The position numbers and the translations under genes were made by a program. 64,000 bases of DNA from a virus (Duplodnaviria; Heunggongvirae; Uroviricota; Caudoviricetes), in the IMG/VR virus record IMGVR_UViG_3300006139_000503; one strand, 5' to 3'. Under the pieces are notes generated by a model. It saw only the letters and a program-made list of their open reading frames with translations, searched no databases and was not told the origin of the DNA. This document shows positions 47,173 to 56,804 of this stretch, piece after piece. Numbering within the stretch: position 1 is the stretch's first letter; every line of letters starts with the position of its first letter.

Positions 47173-47844
47173 CTAAAACGCCATCAAATCAAAACCAAAT
47201 CCGTCTATTAAAACCAGCTTCTTAATACCGTTGCCTTTGACAAAATTGATGTAGTTGTTTACTCCAAGCGCACAGACCAGACGGACTGTCGTAGCCACGC
47301 CAAGCGTCACTCCGCAGGCAGACACCGGGGTTTCCTCCTTCGCTTCATCATGGGAGAACTGCATGGAGTTCAGCAGGTCTTTCTTCATCTTATAGTCTGA
47401 CCAGTCAGCGGCATAGTGCTGTGCGCTTTCCAAGAGCGTCCTGAAGTCAAAGACCGCTTTCACATATGGGCTGTCCATATGCTTTTCAACAATTTCCCTG
47501 CGCAGTTCGATGCTGTCCACACACAGGAAGATATAGCCGGACATCATTTTCCCCTGCCATCCCTCCGGCTTCATATCAATGCCATCCGCTATTTCTGGAT
47601 TGATGTCTACCAGCATATCTTTCAGCGCCTCGACTTTAAGCTTCCCTACATCATTCTGGTTAAACATCTGGTTCACGATATTGTGGTTTTCCACCTTATC
47701 GAAGTCCCACAGTGTCATCTTTGTTACACCGCAGCGCGCCAGGTTTTCAGCAATCGTGGAACCGACCGAACCACACCCCACGATATGTATCCTCGCATTG
47801 TCCTTTTCTGGCTGGAAAAACTCATATGATTTGCTTAAATCCAT
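47173..47844 (-). CDS. ThiF/MoeB/E1-like adenylyltransferase-fold protein
   Basis: Rossmann motif IHIVGCGSVGSTIAENLARCGV, downstream LWDFDKVENHNIVNQ, and a conserved Cys in PVSACGVTLGV. 223 aa (adenylation domain only). Confidence 0.65.
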   Translation of the reverse strand: MDLSKSYEFFQPEKDNARIHIVGCGSVGSTIAENLARCGVTKMTLWDFDKVENHNIVNQMFNQNDVGKLKVEALKDMLVDINPEIADGIDMKPEGWQGKMMSGYIFLCVDSIELRREIVEKHMDSPYVKAVFDFRTLLESAQHYAADWSDYKMKKDLLNSMQFSHDEAKEETPVSACGVTLGVATTVRLVCALGVNNYINFVKGNGIKKLVLIDGFGFDLMAF

Positions 47845-47926
47845 AATTTTACATCCTCCTTTATGATTCCTAAGTGAATTATTTTACACGTTTGATGGGA
47901 CGAAATTCGTTGTCTCTATTTTCCTC

Positions 47927-48792
47927 TTATGTTTCTACATATCGCCACGACCCGATGTACCCCAGCGCGGCATCGAAATAGACAGGGTTTAAGTCCTTAT
48001 ACGAACCGCCACAGTCAAACTCTGCTTTTAACCCATTCCATAAGTTAATGAAGTAACTTTTAGAACAGCTCTTATATTCCTCAGAATGTGCGCCGCCGAG
48101 CAGATGGTTGATTCTGTCTTTCGCTGCTTTATAAATCCGCTGTTGCTGTCTGGTTGTCAGAGTCATGTTGTCTACTACCTGGTTCAATTTTCCTGACTGT
48201 TCCTGCATCATAGCTGACTGTTCCTGCATCATGGATTCTACGCTTTCCATCCGCTCATCAATTTTACTTTCTATATTGCTCATTCGTTCATAAACCATTT
48301 TCATATCACAGCTCATAGCTTCAAACATAGATTCCATCGTCCCCTCAGATGGTGCAATATACCTGCCTGTTTTGCGGATTGCAGGGAGAACTTCGGATGT
48401 TACCCAGTGTTTGAAACGCCTAGCAGATTCAAGTTTGCTTCCAAATATAAGGGCATACAAGCCAGATTCGTTAATGATGGTCATTCCACGATTCGGGATT
48501 TCTAAGGGGGCGGTTTGCCCCCTTTGGATTAACTGTCTATCCTCTTCATCAACATGAACTTTTAAAGCTTTTTTGCGTCTTTATATCCCAACGCCGTCGC
48601 CACATCTTTCCCCACAAACCACGGCTCGCCATCGGTGATTACCGCCCTGATTTCCCCGAATTTTTCATTGCTAAAAAAAATCTCAATTACTTCCACTAAT
48701 TTCTCCTCTCTAAGCAATAATGTTTCCGTAGCTCGTCCATAATTGTCGTTTCTGTGCTCCAAAGGGGATGTCCACCGAATGGACTCCCTCAT
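47927..48792 (-). pseudogene. Disrupted Bro-N/ORF6C antirepressor paralog
   Basis: A Bro-N N-terminal fragment (48562..48792) and an ORF6C-type C-terminal fragment (47927..48484) are separated by stops. The intact paralogs at 49884..50588 and 51137..51859 are colinear with the two pieces. Confidence 0.5.
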
Positions 48793-48813
48793 CGCTTATA
48801 GCAGTCATTTCCC

Positions 48814-49095
48814 TCAGTCATAAACCCAGCACTCCTTCGTAAAAAGCAAGTACAAAGCAAGCACCGCGATGAGGATAGTCCCGCACATGTCGCAGGGGAT
48901 TCCGTTGTTGCCCTCGAACTCCCACACAGTGATAAGCACGCATATAAGCAATATTTCTATCGCCACAAGCCGCTGCTTTAACATCCTGAGGCGTTTACCC
49001 CGCTTGCTGCGTTTTGCATATTCTCTTCTGCCCACAAAAACCCTCCTGTTATCTCCCTGGATATCTAAGCACCCAGCCCTTGCATTATCAGCCAT
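48814..49095 (-). CDS. Small membrane protein (duplicated at 59005..59286)
   Basis: Basic N-terminus then a TM segment LVAIEILLICVLITV and a second hydrophobic stretch ILIAVLALYLLF. The start is probably the internal ATG (MADNARAG) with GGAGTGG upstream, giving an 8-nt overlap with the upstream gene. Confidence 0.45.
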   Translation of the reverse strand: MADNARAGCLDIQGDNRRVFVGRREYAKRSKRGKRLRMLKQRLVAIEILLICVLITVWEFEGNNGIPCDMCGTILIAVLALYLLFTKECWVYD

Positions 49096-49807
49096 ATGAC
49101 CACTCCGAAATCCACCTTGCCGCAGCGTCATCTACCATATACTGCGGGTTTAAATCCCGGTAGGAGCCGCAAGAGAAGTACTCGCAGAAATCCTGCCAGA
49201 GATTCCTGAAGTATATCCTGGACGACTGCCTGTACCTGTCCGAATGTGCCCCGCCGAGAAGGTGGCTTACCCGCCGCCTTGCCGCCTGTAAAAGTTCCTG
49301 CTGTTGCTTATAGTTGATTGTGGAGTAGTCGAGCATCGACTGGAATATGCTTGCACACCCAGTCAGTGCATGGACTGCATCTGCAAAACCCTCTTGCGTG
49401 AGAACCATTCCTGTTTCCTCCGGGGTGGCGGATTCTACTACTTCTTTCATCTTGAAGTATGTGTTCACCAAATCCCTCTGGACTTTCCAAGCTAAGTCGT
49501 CAGTAAAAGACTTTACTAACATGAGATAGCCGCTTTCAGTAAGGAGGGTCATATCTTCATGTGCTTTGCTTGATATGTCCATAATGTTGTGCGTCCGAAT
49601 TTCGGACGCACAAACTTTAAAGTAATCAGTCCCCTCAAGAAATCGCCTCCTATTATCGTTGAACCGCCTTCTTGCCGTCCCATCCGGCCTCTGGTGAACT
49701 CTGTCAACATCCTTAAACGTCACAACCCTGTTCCCCTGATACTCTTTAATCTGTAATTCCGTCCCCTGAATTAATGCTACATTTTCCACTGTGAATACCT
49801 CTTTCAT
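49088..49807 (-). CDS. Antirepressor paralog, ORF6N N-domain + ORF6C C-domain
   Basis: ORF6N segment VVTFKDVDRVHQRPDGTARRRFNDNRRRFLEGTDYFKV. C-terminal segment LLGGAHSDRYRQSSRIYFRNLWQDFCEYFSCGSYRDLNPQY. Confidence 0.65.
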   Translation of the reverse strand: MKEVFTVENVALIQGTELQIKEYQGNRVVTFKDVDRVHQRPDGTARRRFNDNRRRFLEGTDYFKVCASEIRTHNIMDISSKAHEDMTLLTESGYLMLVKSFTDDLAWKVQRDLVNTYFKMKEVVESATPEETGMVLTQEGFADAVHALTGCASIFQSMLDYSTINYKQQQELLQAARRRVSHLLGGAHSDRYRQSSRIYFRNLWQDFCEYFSCGSYRDLNPQYMVDDAAARWISEWSYG

Positions 49808-49883
49808 TTTATTTTTATCTTGAAAGGGGGTCGCGATTTGCGACCCCCTTTGCTACTCAGACTGAAATTAAGTTATTTCCCGA

Positions 49884-50588
49884 CTATGTTTCCACATACC
49901 GCCACGACCCGATGTACCCCAGCGCGGCATCGAAATAGACAGGGTTTAAGTCCTTATACGAACCGCCACAGTCAAACTCTGCTTTTAACCCATTCCATAA
50001 GTTAATGAAGTAACTTTTAGAACAGCTCTTATATTCCTCAGAATGTGCGCCGCCGAGCAGATGGTTGATTCTGTCTTTCGCTGCTTTATAAATCCGCTGT
50101 TGCTGTCTGGTTGTCAGAGTCATGTTGTCTACTACCTGGTTCAATTTTCCTGACTGTTCTTGCATCATAGATTCTATATTGCCCATCTGTTCATAAACCA
50201 TTTTCATATCGCAGCTCATAGCTTCAAACATAGATTCCATCGTACCCTCAGATGGTGCAATATACCTGCCTGTTTTACGGATTGCAGGGAGAACTTCGGA
50301 TGTCACCCAGTGCTTGAAACGTTTCGCGGATTCAAGTTTGCTTCCAAAAATCAGAGCGTACATTCCAGATTCGTTAATGACAATCATTTCCTGTGTTCCC
50401 CCAGGGGAGCCCTGAATCGGGGCTCCCTTTTTATCCTCTACATCAACATGTGTAGCTATGGCATTTCTCGGCTTCTCATACCCCAACGCCAACGCTACAT
50501 CCTTCCCCACAAACCACGGCTCACCATCAATAACCACCGTTCTAATTTCACCAAATTCCTGGTTGCTAAAAATCTCAATCCCTTCCAA
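49884..50588 (-). CDS. Antirepressor paralog, Bro-N + ORF6C
   Basis: Bro-N FSNQEFGEIRTVVIDGEPWFVGKDVALALGY. ORF6C-like C-terminus shared with several paralogs. Confidence 0.7.
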   Translation of the reverse strand: MEGIEIFSNQEFGEIRTVVIDGEPWFVGKDVALALGYEKPRNAIATHVDVEDKKGAPIQGSPGGTQEMIVINESGMYALIFGSKLESAKRFKHWVTSEVLPAIRKTGRYIAPSEGTMESMFEAMSCDMKMVYEQMGNIESMMQEQSGKLNQVVDNMTLTTRQQQRIYKAAKDRINHLLGGAHSEEYKSCSKSYFINLWNGLKAEFDCGGSYKDLNPVYFDAALGYIGSWRYVET

Positions 50589-50862
50589 ATCTACTTTCCC
50601 TCCTAAATTATTTTCGTTAGTTCCCAGCCAAATACCCTTTTGCCATGTTTTACCCTACGACATTTCTAAACCAAGCGGGCGGATTTCACCCTCTTGGTTT
50701 AACTCGCGAAAATTCTCACATCCCAAATTTTTTTATCTTGAAATATGTCGCAAATTTGCGACAGTTCGATTCTACAATTTCCTTTTATTCTGTACATATA
50801 TATCAAAAGCCCACCTTGCGGTGAGCTTTTAAAATCAACTTGATATTTTCAGAATTTCCCTG

Positions 50863-50891
50863 TTGACTTTCTGTGCATTTCGTGGCATACT
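50863..50891 (+). promoter_or_regulatory. Promoter TTGACT-17-CATACT of candidate sRNA (copy 1)
   Basis: TTGACT (50863-50868), a 17-nt spacer, CATACT (50886-50891). The copy at 60956-60984 is identical. Confidence 0.4.
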
Positions 50892-50897
50892 AGATAC

Positions 50898-51042
50898 GAA
50901 CAAGTTTGTTTGTGCTTGTTCATTGAATAAAGTTGTGGTTGTTGTTCATGCAACCTCATTTTTTCTTAGTGTGAGTCGGAGTGATTGCCGACTAATTAGT
51001 AATACCCGTACAGTCGAGTTGCAGCTCGGCTGTACTTTTTTT
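50898..51042 (+). ncRNA. Candidate ~145-nt sRNA (promoter + 3 hairpins + rho-independent terminator), copy 1
   Basis: Hairpins gaacaag..cttgttc and agtcgg..ccgact. Terminator gtacagtcgag-ttgcag-ctcggctgtac followed by T7. It is plus-strand, antisense to the antirepressor array, and no ORF of 60 aa or more lies inside. Confidence 0.4.
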
Positions 51043-51136
51043 CAAAAAACCATTTCAAACATCCGTTTGCACTATCCTACCACAACCCCCGTGCTATGTC
51101 AATACCAATATCGTACAAATGTTCTTAAATTCCCGA

Positions 51137-51859
51137 CTATGTTTCTACATACCGCCACGACCCAATATACCCCAGCGCAGCATCGAAATAGACATGATTC
51201 AAGTCCTTATACGACCCGCCGCACTCGAACTCTGCTTTTAGACCGTTCCATAAGTTAATGAAGTAGCTTTTAGAACGGCTTTTATATTCCTCAGAATGTG
51301 CGCCGCCGAGCAGATGGTTGATTCTATCTTTCGCTGCTTTATAAATCCGCTGTTGCTGTCTGGTTGTCAGAGTCATATTGTCTACTACCTGGTTTAATTT
51401 CCCTGACTGTTCCTGCATCATGGATTCTACGCTTTCCATCCGCTCATCAAATTTGTTCATCTGCTCATAAACCATTTTCATATCACAGCTCATGGCTTCG
51501 AACATAGATTCCATCGTGCCCTCAGATGGTGCAATATACCTGCCTGTTTTGCGGATTGCAGGGAGAACTTCGGATGTCACCCAGTGCTTGAAACGCTTCG
51601 CGGATTCAAGCCTGCTTCCAAAGATAAGGGCGTACAAACCAGATTCATTAATGATGGTCATTTCCTGTATCCCCGATGGTGTTGCCGTTTTGGCAACACC
51701 TCTATCTTCTTTATCTACTCTTTTTGAAACAGCACTTCTCGGCTCAGAATATCCCAACGCCAACGCTACATCCTTTCCTACAAGCCACGGCTCTCCATCA
51801 ATAATTACCGTCCTAATTTCACCAAACTCCTCATTACTAAAAATATTAATCTCTTCCAA
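51137..51859 (-). CDS. Antirepressor paralog, Bro-N + ORF6C
   Basis: Bro-N FSNEEFGEIRTVIIDGEPWLVGKDVALALGY. Conserved C-terminal ORF6C. Confidence 0.7.
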   Translation of the reverse strand: MEEINIFSNEEFGEIRTVIIDGEPWLVGKDVALALGYSEPRSAVSKRVDKEDRGVAKTATPSGIQEMTIINESGLYALIFGSRLESAKRFKHWVTSEVLPAIRKTGRYIAPSEGTMESMFEAMSCDMKMVYEQMNKFDERMESVESMMQEQSGKLNQVVDNMTLTTRQQQRIYKAAKDRINHLLGGAHSEEYKSRSKSYFINLWNGLKAEFECGGSYKDLNHVYFDAALGYIGSWRYVET

Positions 51860-51962
51860 ATCTACCTTTCCCCTTGTATTATTTTCATTTTTCGTTAATT
51901 CCCCAGTCTGGGCACCATGTCTGCATGACCTGCCAGTTTCTTACCCTGAATCAAATTTTCCG

Positions 51963-52100
51963 CAAATTGAACCTCTCACGAATGAAGTCGTGAGATTCCT
52001 GCTTCATCGACTTCGTAACCTCCATCTCCACAGGCGTAACTTTCCGTCGTTCCAACGGTAGATATATCTTTTTAGGCTGATGACAACCTCAATCCTTCAT
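51963..52100. repeat. ~137-bp structured repeat, copy B (see 34536-34672)
   Basis: Located just upstream (in gene orientation) of the antirepressor gene starting at 51859. Confidence 0.6.
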
Positions 52101-52175
52101 TCATAAAAAAGGCATTGCAAAACCATCAAAATAGATGATTAAGCAATACCTTCTTACTAATTCAGGAATTGTATT

Positions 52176-52754
52176 TTATTCGATTCCCTCAAAAATTTCT
52201 CCTAATGTCATCTTGATATGTGGGAATTCCCTGAGACATATTTCTATCTCTGCATTATACTCATCGTCTTCCTTGTCGTTTTGGAGCATATAGTTCTGTT
52301 CCAGTATATATTTCCCATCCTGCAAGAAATAGATTTCTAAAGACCCCTGCGGCGAAACAATCCAGTATTCTTCCACGCCCGCCTTTTCATAGATATCTTT
52401 CTTTTCCGTCCTGTCTCTCTTCGCTGTCGAATGGCTTAATGTTTCAGCGATGAACTTGGGGACGCCACTGTAGGCTCCGCCCTTTAAATGTTTCCGGTCG
52501 CACATAACCATGATATCTGGACATAAGTAATCATCATTTATATCAGGATGGTATTTAAAATCCAAGTTTTCCATAGACACAAGGCATATGCTGCTTTTTA
52601 ATCCTTGCCTAATTATAGTATAAATATTACCATTGATAATGCAATGCCGATATCCTGGAGATGGTGACATATCATATATCACTCCGTCAATTTTTTCATC
52701 TTTTCTTCGTTCAAATTCAGCTAATCCCATACTAAGCACCTCCTTATTTGCCAC
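52176..52754 (-). CDS. Uma2-family (DUF820) PD-(D/E)XK endonuclease-like protein
   Basis: Typical Uma2 pattern (GVIYDMSP...PDIMVMCD...EYWIVSP). 192 aa. Confidence 0.6.
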   Translation of the reverse strand: MANKEVLSMGLAEFERRKDEKIDGVIYDMSPSPGYRHCIINGNIYTIIRQGLKSSICLVSMENLDFKYHPDINDDYLCPDIMVMCDRKHLKGGAYSGVPKFIAETLSHSTAKRDRTEKKDIYEKAGVEEYWIVSPQGSLEIYFLQDGKYILEQNYMLQNDKEDDEYNAEIEICLREFPHIKMTLGEIFEGIE

Positions 52755-52889
52755 TATATCATATTTCGCTGAATTTAGGAAGAATCATTTTCCGCCAGGG
52801 GGTCACCATTTTAGTGACCCCTACCAGCAATCACAAACGTTTCTTAGGCCTGAGGGTCAAATTTGACCCTCAGCTTTCCGCTTACACAC

Positions 52890-53402
52890 CTAATTGGTTT
52901 TCACGGCTCTCATGCCTGCCTCCGCCATCTCAGCGTTGCACAACCTGAACAATTCCCCAATGGAAACCGGCTCTTCTGGCGGCTCACACTCATAATCTGG
53001 TTCATATTCTTGGAGGGACGTATCCTCATCGGCTTCATCATCGGTTTCCTCGTCATATTCATCCTCCTCTTCTTCAAACACCCCCTCATTTTCCATCCAG
53101 CTAAGCACATATCCTTTATACCTCCTAAAATCCTCCTCGTCTAAGCCACTAAACCGGTCATATACTTCATCGTAATCGTAATAATCGTATCCCTGTGGAG
53201 CGTCCTCAAGCCATGATTTTATATCTTCCCAGTCAATCTCGTCTCTTACTCTATTGAACAGCTCACTGTTCATATAATCATCGTACATCTCTGTATCACG
53301 GACACGGGCGCACTCATCACAGTCATATTCTTCGCACAGGCTTATCAATTCCGACCATGTATTAACCACTTCAAGAAATGCTTCTCTCGTCATATACATC
53401 AC
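52890..53402 (-). CDS. Hypothetical highly acidic protein
   Basis: 170 aa with extreme D/E/Y content in the C-terminal half. Confidence 0.4.
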   Translation of the reverse strand: MMYMTREAFLEVVNTWSELISLCEEYDCDECARVRDTEMYDDYMNSELFNRVRDEIDWEDIKSWLEDAPQGYDYYDYDEVYDRFSGLDEEDFRRYKGYVLSWMENEGVFEEEEDEYDEETDDEADEDTSLQEYEPDYECEPPEEPVSIGELFRLCNAEMAEAGMRAVKTN

Positions 53403-53415
53403 CCACCCTTATATT

Positions 53416-54345
53416 TTAATGATAGTCACGCATGTACAGGCTTTCATAGAGCTGCTCGTCCAGCACATCCACATCGTCCGTACAGATGCCTGCCTTGCCT
53501 ACGTTGCTATTCTTCCCGTACCCATCTTTACGCCTGCCCTTACGTCTCCCTTTTTTCTTTTTATCTTTGGACTCCGTAAGGGCTTGCGTTTTTCCCGGCG
53601 TGCTGCCCCCGTTTTTTGGAGAACCTGCGAACGCCCCGGAATGTAAGCCATACCGCGTATCGTATCTCGATAAGTTCGCAGGGTATCCATGCCCATAGCT
53701 GACCACAGGCCTGTTTACCACCATCTCCCGCGCATTTTTAAGGAACTTTTCAATCCCGTCTTCGTCAGCTACTACTTCGATGCTTACGTCCTCCGTCTCA
53801 AAAAGCACATTGGTTTTCAGGTCATAAATCTTAACCATCCTGTCTTTCCTCTTGTTCCAAATCATGAAGATATAGAACATGTCGTCATCAAGCTGTTCAA
53901 GCAGACGGTCATACAGGGAAGTATCCACAGACGAAGGCGAAACACCCATATTCACATGGGAATGCCCCTGCATCCTGATGTTGTTGAAGATGTCGTCGTC
54001 GTGCCCCATAAGCCACATCTGGTATTTTTCCTGGTCTGTTGTGACCGTCGCGCCCGTAACTTCCTGCGGATACACCAGGATATCTGTGATATAATAGGTG
54101 TCCGGTTCGTCTCCCCGGCAAGCTATGCCATGCCATGCCACTTCCTTATCGAACTCGCGAATCAGCGTCTGCATTTTCAGCCACGCCAATTCCTTAAAAA
54201 GTACCCGTGCTTTCCTATTCAGCGTCCCCAGGGTTTTCGTAAATGTTACCTTCCCGTCCGGGAACTTGCCCCCGGACAGCGCTTCCATAAACTCTTTCTG
54301 GCACTGTTCTAAGCACTCCTGGGTTATTTTTACCATCTTACTCAT
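53416..54345 (-). CDS. JAB/MPN (JAMM) metalloprotease-domain protein
   Basis: Complete JAMM motif GHSHVNMGVSPSSVD (H-x-H-x7-S-x2-D) with an upstream Glu. The C-terminal tail is lysine/arginine-rich. The start was taken at the internal ATG (MSKMVKI) with AGAGGAGG 9 nt upstream. Confidence 0.6.
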   Translation of the reverse strand: MSKMVKITQECLEQCQKEFMEALSGGKFPDGKVTFTKTLGTLNRKARVLFKELAWLKMQTLIREFDKEVAWHGIACRGDEPDTYYITDILVYPQEVTGATVTTDQEKYQMWLMGHDDDIFNNIRMQGHSHVNMGVSPSSVDTSLYDRLLEQLDDDMFYIFMIWNKRKDRMVKIYDLKTNVLFETEDVSIEVVADEDGIEKFLKNAREMVVNRPVVSYGHGYPANLSRYDTRYGLHSGAFAGSPKNGGSTPGKTQALTESKDKKKKGRRKGRRKDGYGKNSNVGKAGICTDDVDVLDEQLYESLYMRDYH

Positions 54346-55852
54346 CGCCGCTACCTCCTCTTTTCTGCGTTTCATCTACCCCTGCTTTTGCATCCTCTTC
54401 CTGGATTCTATCTTCCTTTTTCATCCACCGAATGGCCTCTTCAGGTGTTACAATCTGTCCGTCCGGAAGTTCAATACAATGATATGGGCGGTCTCCGAAC
54501 CCGTACATGCGTTTCATGAATTCCTGCATAACTGTGCTGTCGCCAAAGTTCAGGCTCTTGCAGGAAGCAACGCCCTGCTCTAAAGCGCCAATGTAATCAC
54601 TACTCCCGATGCATTCGTTCATTGTCCGTTCGTAATCTCCCATACAGCTATACTCGTCAATGTGGGGGTTTGGCATACAGTCAGAAAATTCTTCGTTATA
54701 TTCATATCCGCTAATTGCATACACCCTCACCCCGAACTCAAATTTATACGCAGCGCAAAACTTGAGCTTCAGAGTCTGGTCGATAAAAATCGCATACATC
54801 AGCCGTTTCATATCCTGTTTCTCAATGCGGCTGTTGCAATCGTATCCACGAAGCCGATATACGTAGCTGTTCTCATTATCAACCATCGCCTTCGCCATGT
54901 CCTCGTCATAGTAAGTTACATACCCTTTCGCAACAAAGCACAATATATTCTCCGTTACATCCCTTAAAGAAAGGTTCCGGTTGCACAAGAAATATTCCAT
55001 AATTTCAGAATCGCCCTCTGTGCTCTGTGCGATTTTCGTTTCCAATCCAAGCAATTTAATTTCATGGTTGCGCTTAATTCGCAAAGTATCTGCCAACTTA
55101 TTCTGGAAACGCTCAATGTCAAGCATTAAATCTCTAATCTTATCTTTCTCTTCTTCTCGCTCTCTTTTCTCAAAGTTGGCTTCAAAACCTGCCAATGCTT
55201 TACGGATGTAATCGCTCCTGAAATCATACTGTGATGCAATTTTTGCTATGCATTTCAGATATTCATCAACGTCTTTTCCCCTAAGCGACTGGATGAGTTC
55301 CATTTCCTCCGTTTTCACGCCATCTTCCGGGTTGAAATACCACGGCATGAAAGCAAAGATTGCACACTGCAGGTAGTGCATTTTCTGCATGTTCAGAGGG
55401 TCTGTGAAAATCACAACCCTCCTTCTCTCCGGGTTCACAAAACACACACAGTAAAATGTCCTTCGGAAAAAATCCGTTACTTTTTCAAGACGTTGCCATC
55501 CCTGGTATACGTCGCAAAAAGATGACTCAATTACCTCGAAATTCGCACGGACATCTTCTTTTCTCCCTCGGAAATCATGGATTGTAACAGAGCCGTCATT
55601 AAAATACTGCGCATTATAAACAGCCCTGACCACTGCATCAGAACCTGCACCCTGGACGGAGCGTTCCTCATAGCTCGAATTTATAAACCTCACACAAACT
55701 TTTTCTCCCTCCTGCATCCTTGGTGCAACCAACGCCCTTAATGTGGACAGAAATGTGACGTCATCTGAAAAAGACTCTCCGTGAATACGCCCGAAATATG
55801 CGTCCGCCTCTGCTGTCGTTAATGCTGTTCCTCTTACAACCTGTCTAAACAT
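54338..55852 (-). CDS. Hypothetical 504-aa protein immediately upstream of the JAB gene
   Basis: Long ORF. AAGGAGG lies 8 nt upstream. I recognise no domain. It is co-transcribed with the JAB gene. Confidence 0.5.
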   Translation of the reverse strand: MFRQVVRGTALTTAEADAYFGRIHGESFSDDVTFLSTLRALVAPRMQEGEKVCVRFINSSYEERSVQGAGSDAVVRAVYNAQYFNDGSVTIHDFRGRKEDVRANFEVIESSFCDVYQGWQRLEKVTDFFRRTFYCVCFVNPERRRVVIFTDPLNMQKMHYLQCAIFAFMPWYFNPEDGVKTEEMELIQSLRGKDVDEYLKCIAKIASQYDFRSDYIRKALAGFEANFEKREREEEKDKIRDLMLDIERFQNKLADTLRIKRNHEIKLLGLETKIAQSTEGDSEIMEYFLCNRNLSLRDVTENILCFVAKGYVTYYDEDMAKAMVDNENSYVYRLRGYDCNSRIEKQDMKRLMYAIFIDQTLKLKFCAAYKFEFGVRVYAISGYEYNEEFSDCMPNPHIDEYSCMGDYERTMNECIGSSDYIGALEQGVASCKSLNFGDSTVMQEFMKRMYGFGDRPYHCIELPDGQIVTPEEAIRWMKKEDRIQEEDAKAGVDETQKRGGSGDE

Positions 55853-55880
55853 TTGAATTCCTCCTTCTAAAATTATTTAA

Positions 55881-55910
55881 TGGTGAATATGGGAATTGAA
55901 CCCATGCACC
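55881..55910 (-). other. tRNA 3'-end-like fragment (perfect T-arm ATGGG/TTCAATT/CCCAT + acceptor 3' strand)
   Basis: The minus strand reads gtgcATGGGTTCAATTCCCATattcacca. No upstream acceptor partner is present, so it is not an intact tRNA. Confidence 0.3.
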
Positions 55911-56482
55911 CTGTTCACTTTCCTCCGGCTCCTATCCCAGCCATCTCCAAATTCCATGCACTCGTATGGGTATTCTTTGTAGAATTCCTCACCGTACTGG
56001 ATGAAAAAAAAAACGGGGTGCTGCCAAGTTTCACCCACCTAAAAGAACAAGCGGGCTAGTTGCCTAACCCGCTTGCCACTGTGCTACAAGCTCCTATGCA
56101 TTCTATTATGTTCAGCATGGCTCGCTGTTCCATGCTGCCTCCAAAGAGATTTCTGTAAGTTTCCCTACAGTACAGACTATATCATCGCCCTTTTTCTCAG
56201 GGTGTCTACCACTTCGGACACCGACCGCTTGCGCCCTACTCCCTTACGGGATAGTCGTTGAACGTTCTCCTGTTCGGAGCTTCGCTGCTGATTGCCCATT
56301 GCAAAAGCGTTTAGGATTTAACCTTGCGCCATCTCGCAATTTCTTTCTACTTTCGTTACCGTCACGCTTAGATTTCTTTCATTCTTACGTTGTGGTATTG
56401 CGAGCTTTAGGGGTTCCCAGCAATTCGATAGATTTGCATGTGAAATTACTCTCACATGGGACTATTTAGCATTGCCTGCTAG

Positions 56483-56704
56483 TCAATCCGCTTTAACTAC
56501 GCTTAACAGGAAACATTTTTCAGCAATCCCGAAGCTTGCAAAGGTCTTATCGAGGTCACCCGGATTCACCGAAGCGCCATCCAGGTGCATCACACCCCTT
56601 GTATAGTCAATCCCTGCCTCTTCCAGCACGCTGCGCAGAGTCCTGTTAGCATCCACAATCATTTTTTCTCTCTTTACGTTATTTCCTACTGTAACCTGAA
56701 TCAT
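56483..56704 (-). CDS. Small beta-grasp / ubiquitin-like fold protein (YukD/EsaB- or MoaD-like), tentative
   Basis: 73 aa. MIQVTVGNNVKREKMIVDANRTLRSVLEEAGIDYTRGVMHLDGASVNPGDLDKTFASFGIAEKCFLLSVVKAD. It has the alternating hydrophobic pattern and the GI..GD motif of ubiquitin-like beta-grasp proteins. There is no C-terminal GG. Confidence 0.35.
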   Translation of the reverse strand: MIQVTVGNNVKREKMIVDANRTLRSVLEEAGIDYTRGVMHLDGASVNPGDLDKTFASFGIAEKCFLLSVVKAD

Positions 56705-56804
56705 ACTCTATCTCCTTTTCTTCTACGTTTTATTTTGGTTTATGGAATCCTATATTCAGTTGTCAATTTGGGCTGCCGCATTTTCACGGCAGCCGATGTA
56801 CATC

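Noticed and set aside
51492-52061. Track ORF 51492..52061 (+, 189 aa) and other plus-strand ORFs nested in minus-strand genes (e.g. 29458..30078, 13041..13675, 53689..54312)
   Set aside because: They lie antisense within well-supported minus-strand genes or across repeats. They lack RBS-linked starts. They are most likely spurious.
34536-52100. attL/attR of a single integrated element
   Set aside because: The two 137-bp copies are only about 90% identical. True att core duplications are exact. I kept them as a structured repeat instead.
55881-55960. Intact tRNA gene on the minus strand
   Set aside because: A perfect T-arm and acceptor 3' strand are present. No complementary acceptor 5' strand, D-arm or anticodon arm can be found within 90 nt upstream, so it is a fragment only.
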